Notes under the pieces: generated by a model
Told to the model about the DNA's origin: nothing
Seen by the model: the letters and a program-made list of their open reading frames with translations, nothing else
Databases searched by the model: none
Made by a program: the position numbers and the translations under genes
Shown here: positions 19,702-27,000 of the stretch, piece by piece
How positions within the stretch are numbered: the stretch's first letter is position 1
Layout of the letters: each line of letters opens with the position of its first letter
Source of the DNA: Nanobdellati archaeon
GTDB taxonomy: Archaea; EX4484-52; WAPT01
DNA: 27,827 nucleotides
Direction of reading: 5' to 3'
NCBI GenBank assembly: GCA_015520605.1
Contig: WAPT01000026.1
Location: 1 to 27,827 of the forward strand

Positions 19702-19716
19702 AAAACTTTTAAAATT
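19702..19716 (+). promoter_or_regulatory. Putative BRE/TATA promoter of tRNA-Met
   Basis: AAAACTTTTAAAATT roughly 40 nt upstream of the mature tRNA 5' end. Confidence 0.45.
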
Positions 19717-19752
19717 ACCCTTTTGGATAAATAATGATTATCGGATGACAGC

Positions 19753-19905
19753 GCCGAGGTAGCTCAGCTGGTTAGAGCGCCAGACTCATAAGCCGTGTGC
19801 TGGCTTGTGAGTGATGAGTTTGCCGAGTTATGAGGCGGCGATGATTTTGTGTTACGGCGCTGAGAAATCTGGAGGTCGGGGGTTCGAATCCCCCCCTCGG
19901 CACCA
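19753..19905 (+). tRNA. tRNA-Met (CAT), elongator type, with 76-nt intron at 37/38 (19791-19866); CCA encoded
   Basis: GCCGAGG/CCTCGGC acceptor, CCAGA/TCTGG anticodon stem, CT-CAT-A loop, GGGGG-TTCGAAT-CCCCC T arm. Canonical bulge-helix-bulge: TAA bulge, CTCA/TGAG helix, AAA bulge. Lacks initiator A1:U72 and the three G:C pairs. Confidence 0.93.
19811..19863 (+). ncRNA. Putative box C/D guide RNA within the tRNA-Met intron
   Basis: C GTGATGA 19811-17, D' ATGA 19830-33, C' GCGATGA 19838-44, D CTGA 19860-63, with 12-nt and 15-nt guide spacers. Confidence 0.7.
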
Positions 19906-19909
19906 TAAT

Positions 19910-21073
19910 TTAGATGGTGGTCTTTTCGAAGAATTCTTGTATAGTTTTCTCAATGATTTCAACGAGGGCCTCTAAATCCTTTTTAACATAGCTCATTTCA
20001 AGTCTGATCTTTCTGTTCTCGTCTTTCAGAACTTCCATTTCATGTTTGAGCCACACCATTTCGCTTTTAATTCCCTCGGCGATCTTCTTCTTGATTTCCT
20101 CTCTGCTCTTCATTTCATCGGTGCTCAGCTTCTTCTCGAGATTCCTGATGTATGCTTCCATGTCCCTGATCTTTTCCTCCACGTCGCCTATCTCCGCTTT
20201 CAGACTCTCCTCCCTGGTCAGCCTATCCTTCTCGAGCTTCTTCAGCCTTTCTTCAGAATCTTTAACCTCGCTGACGACTTTTTCGAGACCTTTTAAGTTG
20301 TTTCTCAACCCATTGAATTCCTTCTTAAGCTTTTCGATTTCATTCTTTATTTTTCTTCCCTTCTTAATTTCATTATACACAACGGATATCTCTTTTAGTT
20401 TTTTCTCCGCCTCCGCTATGATGTCACTCAATGTCCCGATCTTCTTCTTAAAATCATTCATAATCTTGTCGAGTTCTTCCTTTCTGACAACCCCTTTCAT
20501 CTCAATCTCGATTCTCTCAACAGACTCTCTGAGCTCTTCGACCTGAGAACCCAGAGTTTTGACCTCTTTCTTGACCTCAAGAAAATCTCTGTACCTTCGA
20601 TCTATCTCCTCCAGCACGCTCATACTCTTTTCGGCGTTTATCTTGGTCGAAGCTTCCAGTTTTTTGAGCACATCTATGTTCTCTTTCATCTCCTCATAAA
20701 GATCCTTAACGACCTTCAGGCCTTTAAACTCAAGCAGGGTGCCGCGCAGATCTTTGATCTCATTCGCAAGCTTTTTTATCATGTTTTCATTTTTCTCGAT
20801 CATTTCTTTCAGCAGAGATACCTTATCCTCGAACGTACCGATTTTATTAAGTATCTTTTCGGGTTTAATCTCTTTGGTTATTGTTTCCATTTTTTCATAT
20901 GATGCCTTCATTTCAGCGAGGCTCCTCTCATTTTCAACAAACATTCCTCTCAGTTCACCTATTTCCTCCCTAATCTCACTTACCATATCCGTAAGGCTTT
21001 TCCTAACTTCGTTCAAAGCTTCGACCTTGGCTTCAAGTTCCTCCACCTTTACTATAAGTTCCGCTTCAGGCAT
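19910..21073 (-). CDS. Long coiled-coil protein
   Basis: 387 aa of near-continuous E/K-rich heptads with no TM segment or Walker motif. Start overlaps the stop of the giant ATPase gene by 8 nt. Confidence 0.85.
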   Translation of the reverse strand: MPEAELIVKVEELEAKVEALNEVRKSLTDMVSEIREEIGELRGMFVENERSLAEMKASYEKMETITKEIKPEKILNKIGTFEDKVSLLKEMIEKNENMIKKLANEIKDLRGTLLEFKGLKVVKDLYEEMKENIDVLKKLEASTKINAEKSMSVLEEIDRRYRDFLEVKKEVKTLGSQVEELRESVERIEIEMKGVVRKEELDKIMNDFKKKIGTLSDIIAEAEKKLKEISVVYNEIKKGRKIKNEIEKLKKEFNGLRNNLKGLEKVVSEVKDSEERLKKLEKDRLTREESLKAEIGDVEEKIRDMEAYIRNLEKKLSTDEMKSREEIKKKIAEGIKSEMVWLKHEMEVLKDENRKIRLEMSYVKKDLEALVEIIEKTIQEFFEKTTI

Positions 21074-24000
21074 GTTCCTCCACCATGCTCAAGGCATTCT
21101 TTAGTTTCTCAATCCTTTCCTTCAGCTTTCTGAGTTCCTTAATATTATTTTCTAACTTTGCCATTTTTATTTTTGGTTCTAATGTCTCGAGTTCCATCTC
21201 TATATCAAAGACGTCAATGTTTCTTGCTTTAAGGTCTGTTATTTTATCCTTCATTTCTTCGTACAGGTTTGAGAGGTATGTTGCAAGCTCTTCAGCCGTT
21301 TCAGTCCTGGCCTTCCCTATGAATTTCTCGAGTTCTTCGGCGCTTATTCTTTCTTTTTTCAGAGCCTTAAGGTTTATTCCGTATCTTTTTGCTTTTTCTA
21401 CAGCGTTCTTTTCCAGCGAGCTCAGGTAGATATCCACCACCTCAAATTTGCCCTGAGCGAGTTTCGAATCGGCAAGCTTGAGTTCCGTTTCGAGCTCGAA
21501 AACATCTATGCCCTTGGCTTTCATTACCTTTACAAGTTTCCTTATCCTCTCAAGCTTTTTATCATAAGCCACATACTTGTCAAGTTCAGCGTCACTCAGT
21601 CTTGTGACCTGATGGAGGAGTGGTCTGAACTCTATGAAGTAAGGCCTTCCTCTGTTGTATTCGCTGAACACGAGCATCCCCATACCGACTCCAGCTTTAA
21701 CCACGTTGGAAACATAAATATCACCGTATTTTAATCTTATCCTCTCGAGGTCGTTCTCGTACCTCGTTCTGAACTGTATCTCCATGCCGATGTTTGCTCT
21801 TATCTCTCCCACAAAATCGCTCAACACCTGACTTATCAAAATAAGACCTAAACCCCACTTCCTGAATTCCCTCGTTGCTTTTTCTATTGCAAGGAAGCCC
21901 TTCCCCGATCCTCCGAATTTCGGTAGCAATCTGTGTACCTCATCAAAAATCAGAACCGTATTTAGTTTATGACTTTCTTCCAGCCTCGCTTCAAAAATGC
22001 TCCTTATGAAGTTAACCACGAAGTCTTCGATTTCCTTGTGGCTCAATCTGTTAATAACAAAAACGGTTATTCTTCCTCTCTGGGAGAGAAGATCTTTTAT
22101 GTCAATTTTCTCATAAGCATCCTCCACCACCTTGATTTTTCCCGGGAAACCTCTTGCATCCTCTTTCTTCATTCCAAATTCCTTGTATTTCTTGAGCATG
22201 AAATCTTCTTTGCACTTTCTCAGGAATCCCGTCCACTGGGCGGTTGGATCAAAAACTATAACATTCTTGCCTTTGAGTAATAGCTCTTCAGCTATTACCA
22301 TAGCTGAAACCGTCTTACCAGATCCTGTAGCTCCTGCTACCATGACATGGGTTGATAGATGATCTGGGTGGATGAATGCTCTTATACCTTTGTTTGCGAT
22401 GTTTCCAATGAAAAGGGTTGATGTCGTTGGTCTCGGTATGTGATGTATGTCGACAGGTATGTCGAGCTTCTTCTTTGTTCTCTGTTTTCTCCTCTGCCAG
22501 TACAAGTAATATAATCCAGCCATAATTCCGAATGTTTGAAGGAGAACAATAAGTTCCTTGACCTTCAGCCCCAGAAGTGTTTTTCTCTCCAGAAACGGTA
22601 CCCCGACAGTTACATATTGGAGTGCCGTTGCCTTAAGTGGATATGATGCTGAAATGTATTCAGCTGTCGCTCTGACAATATATCTCTTTTTCTCTATGTT
22701 CTTTGGGATTTGTAGGGCCAATATCTTTGTCAGGCTTGTTTCAACGGCCATTGTTTCCCTTACAGCAGTGATCGTTTTAAGGGTGTCGGGGTCAACAAGC
22801 GCTATAGTCACGTTTGTGTCCACTCTATTAGTTTTACCGAGATTAAATAGTTCAACCTGAACCTTCAGCCTGTCCCCTGGGTCAACTGAACTCTGCAGAA
22901 GATTTATCTTCATATCCATCAGCTCTTCCGGTTTGGGTAGGACTTTAACGGTTATGGGTATCGCTGTGCTCTGGTTTTCTCCAAAAATCCTCATAACGCC
23001 GGAGTATGTCTTTGATCCTGCATTCTTTGGAATATCGAAAATCAGTATGAAAGCTCCTTCGCTTTTTGGATCCACAGTTATGGTGCTCTGATAAATTCGA
23101 GATATAAGCGCGATATCTCCGTATACTGTAGCTGAAAACTCCGCATCTCTGTCGAGCATGTTAAAAAGATACACATTCTTCATGACCTTCTCTCCGGGGT
23201 AGGTTGTGATATCTATTTCCTGTGTTCTGACCATAAAATTGGACTTGCCCAGCCTCTCAACTATTTTATTCACGAGCTCATCTTCGTTTATTTTCTGTAC
23301 AAAAGTACCACCGCCACCTCCAGAACCCCCGACTCTGGTCGAAATAGGCGCAGGACAATCGGCGGGACATGTCTTGTAATTCTCGCCCGCATCACACACC
23401 CCATTGCCACATGTTCCGCAGTCTTGGGGGCAGTTATAAGGACTTTCTCCATACTCACACACACCGTTCCCGCATACAGCATAGGTTTCCGATTCTTCCG
23501 GTTCACCAAGGACGAGCAACGGGTCTGAATCATTAAGGGTTACAATCACTCTGGCTTTTCTATAATCGTAATGCGGTAGTATACTTGTGAAATTTGAGTA
23601 ACATATACCATTGCTAACAGAATAGTTTGAGCACTTATAAACCATCAAATGGGAAAGATCCGAAATCTCATCAAGGTACGGTAGGACGTTGAAAATCACA
23701 GTCATATTTTTGAAAGGCGCACTGATGGAATACATCAGAGCTCTGTGTTTGATGCGCACACCGCTCATCGGAATGAGTTTCGGATTGAGCTCACTGAAAG
23801 ACATCAAGGTGTTGTTTTTGGAAATGTTTATATTTTTCACAGAGATATTCTCTAATCCTATATATACGTCGAGATCGTAAGGGCCGGTCCTCATATTCAC
23901 GATTTTATTACCCGTTACATTTATCCTATTGAAAACATAGTTCGTATTGCTCTTTTTGAAAGAAACATTCATGGAGGTGGAGGTGCTCAGGTTGACATTC

Positions 24001-27000
24001 ACTCCCGGAGTATATCTAACCCATACGGTTTTTGAGACGCTGTTTTCGGTGGAGTCCCACACTGTGTAGGTCAGCTTGTAATCGCCGTTAACCGTGAGAT
24101 TGAAGCTGGCATTCCAGCTTCCGGAAGCAGGATCCCATCCGAACATCACCGTGGTGTTATGGAGCAGAGGATCAATGATGGTTGCCTGCACGCTCGTTAC
24201 GTTGACATTGTCATCCGCAAAAACTTGCATGTTGAGGACACCATTTTTTATTGTTTCATTCGTGCTGATTATCTCCGGAGGTGTTATGTCCCGGTAATAA
24301 AGGGCATTATCCTGAAGCGCCCTTACGGTGAACCCGTAGGTGTGATAGGTGCCAACAACGCTCAAATCGTGCCACCTCCCGTCCTTCAGGGGTGGTAGGG
24401 TGCACGTCATGATCCAGTACCCTCCCTGATAGGTGTAATTACATGGACATTCCTCGGAGTCCGCGTAAGCGTGAAGGGTAACGTTGTTATCGATAGGTGT
24501 ATCCGCAAGAGTGAAGGATACGTTGATCGTTATCGTGTCGTTCGCGAGCAGGTCTGTGTACGGATTTGATGTTGTGGGCGAGAGAATGTTCAGTCTCGCC
24601 TCATAGACGTCCATTGTGATGGGTATAATCATCAAGGAATTATAATCGATCTCCTGAATCGTGAGGTTGCCCTCGTAGTGGGAAGCTACGGGGATGTTGC
24701 CGTATTCGAGGAGCAGTTCCGTTTTCTCCTGTGGATCAAGCAGAGAGGAGGTCTGATTTAAGGAGAGCACCGTGCTGATGTTGCCCGCCAGCGAGTAGTA
24801 GAACTTGAGCTGTGTGTTACCGAGGTTGCTCACCAGCATGCTGAGATTTCCGCTGATGTTGGCAACAGCGGAGATCGATATGGAAGAGAGGTTCGTGGCC
24901 CATGCCGGGCTCTCCGGTACGGTAACCTGAAGCGATTTCTCAACACATGTAGTTTCGCTACATGCTCTTATGACCGGGAAATACGCACCGTATGCGAAGC
25001 CTGCGGGTAAGCTGATGACCACTGTGATATTAGAGGAGTTTTTAGGATAAAGGGAAGTGAGAGTACTGGGGACAAAGCTTATGTACGGACATATGTCCGG
25101 CTGGTATGCACACGCGAAACTTATGTTTTCGGCCGGGGCATTACCCACCGAACTAATGACGAACCAAGCATAACCTGTTGAGTTGTGCTCCACCACGACG
25201 GATTCGAGCATTTCCGATATGTTCAGCTCAACGGTGGGCGTGACGTTAATGTAGATGGAATCCGCAAAGACCTTGTCCAGCAATGCAGGGTTCGGATTGA
25301 CCCACTCGACGTAGGGCTTGATGATGTAGGTGGCCGGGGGTGTGCCTGCAGATATATTGATCAAAAGCAGACACGACTCAGTCTGGTTGGGAAGAAGCTG
25401 GGCGTAGTTGCACTTTGAAATGTTCCACGCGGTTCCGGCCGGCACATCCGCTGTTACGTTCACGTTGTAAGCATTCACATAACCTGTGTTGGTGATGTTG
25501 ACCTCAACGTACACAACCTTACCACGATAACTTGTTACATTTTCCACCTTCACATAAGTTTCGTTCACCGCTATGGCCATCGTTGTTGCGTCGAGAGCCT
25601 GGAACGTGAAGCCATACTGGTTGCACTTGTTCCCGGTGTCGCATGCTATGAGCAGTGCACGATAAGTGCCTCTCACAGCAGGTGAATAGACGCATGAATA
25701 CGTACCGTCGGGTATAGGATTGCCCTGTGCACAGATTATAGACTCGTTGGAGCCGTCAGGCAGGGTTATGTTGAGTTTTACAATGGCGAGTTCGTCCTGA
25801 TCGTCATCAAAGTAAGCGGTAACCACCTGATCCGTGTTTATCTCAACTATATCCTTGTAAGTGACATCCGAAATGAACGGGGGCATATCCTTGTAGTGGA
25901 GGTAAAGCTCAACGTTTCTCTGCTGTGGCACAGCCGTATCGTTGAAGATCGTTATGTTGGTCGCATAAGTTGCTGAAACGTAACTTCCTTCCTGATAAAG
26001 TGTCAGGTTTTTTGCTTCCTGAGGTGCTAAATACACATACGTGGGGTTGTAGGTTGCATTGCCCGCCTGCTTATTCAGAATCATAAGTGGTGGAACCTGC
26101 GTGGTCGGATTAGCATAACCGAGAATATCAAGGTAAGACACGGTGAAGTTGAGAGGCACATTTCCCGTGTTTCTCAATTCTATTAATCCAGCGGTTCCGT
26201 TCTGATTCAGAGGGAACGTGATGTTCAGAACGTTTGTTGAAGTTCCGTTGGGATAAAAGACTCTTATCGAGTATGTTGTGTTTACGGGTACGGTTACGTT
26301 GATGGGTATGACCTTCCTTCTCTCATCCAGTCTCCCGAGATTTGCGGTTATGTTTATCCATCCAGCATATGTCCCGGGCGGGAAACCCGCAGGAAGGGTT
26401 ATAGTTACCGCGGATTGCCCGCTTCCGCCCGGATAAATCACGTCAAAATAAGATGGTTGGATTGTTATGGAGGAGGCGGGCAGGTTTATCGGGGTGTAGT
26501 TGATCCATACACCGTAAAGTTCTGCGTTGCCGGTGTTGTTTATTACCATTATGTAGGTTTTCTGCGTGCCGTGTTCCATGGTGGTGGTTATGTTGTCTAT
26601 ATTGGTCGTGATCTGAGGGTTCCCGACAACGGTGATCACCTGCTGATTCGAGTAAACAAGTCTGGACGTTCCGTCGTTATCAATCCAGCTCATGTTGTAC
26701 ACCTGCTTGTAGGTGCCCGGAGGTGTTCCTGCAGGAATTGTCATGTTGAACGTTATGTTTATGGCCGTTTCCGGAGGTATGTCGGGGATGGAAGTTGTGT
26801 TGATGATGTTGAATGGACCGGAATATCTCCAGAGAGTTATGTTGTGCATGGTTGCTCTGCCGGTATTGTTTATGGTGATGTTGAACTGAACCGTCTTATT
26901 TTCCGTATTGGTAACGTTGTAAATCACCATATCTGGAGCAAAAGCTGTGGCGGATGTGCTGCTCTCCTCAAAATAGAACGATGTTACATCATCACGCGGG

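Noticed and set aside
19753-19905. Initiator tRNA-Met
   Set aside because: G1:C72 rather than A1:U72, and no three consecutive G:C pairs in the anticodon stem.
19910-21073. SMC/Rad50 annotation for the coiled-coil proteins
   Set aside because: No Walker A/B, signature motif, hinge or zinc hook. Any similarity would be compositional.
21066-22400. Canonical HerA DNA-repair helicase
   Set aside because: No N-terminal HAS barrel apparent, it is fused to a TM helix and ectodomain, and no nurA/mre11/rad50 is adjacent.
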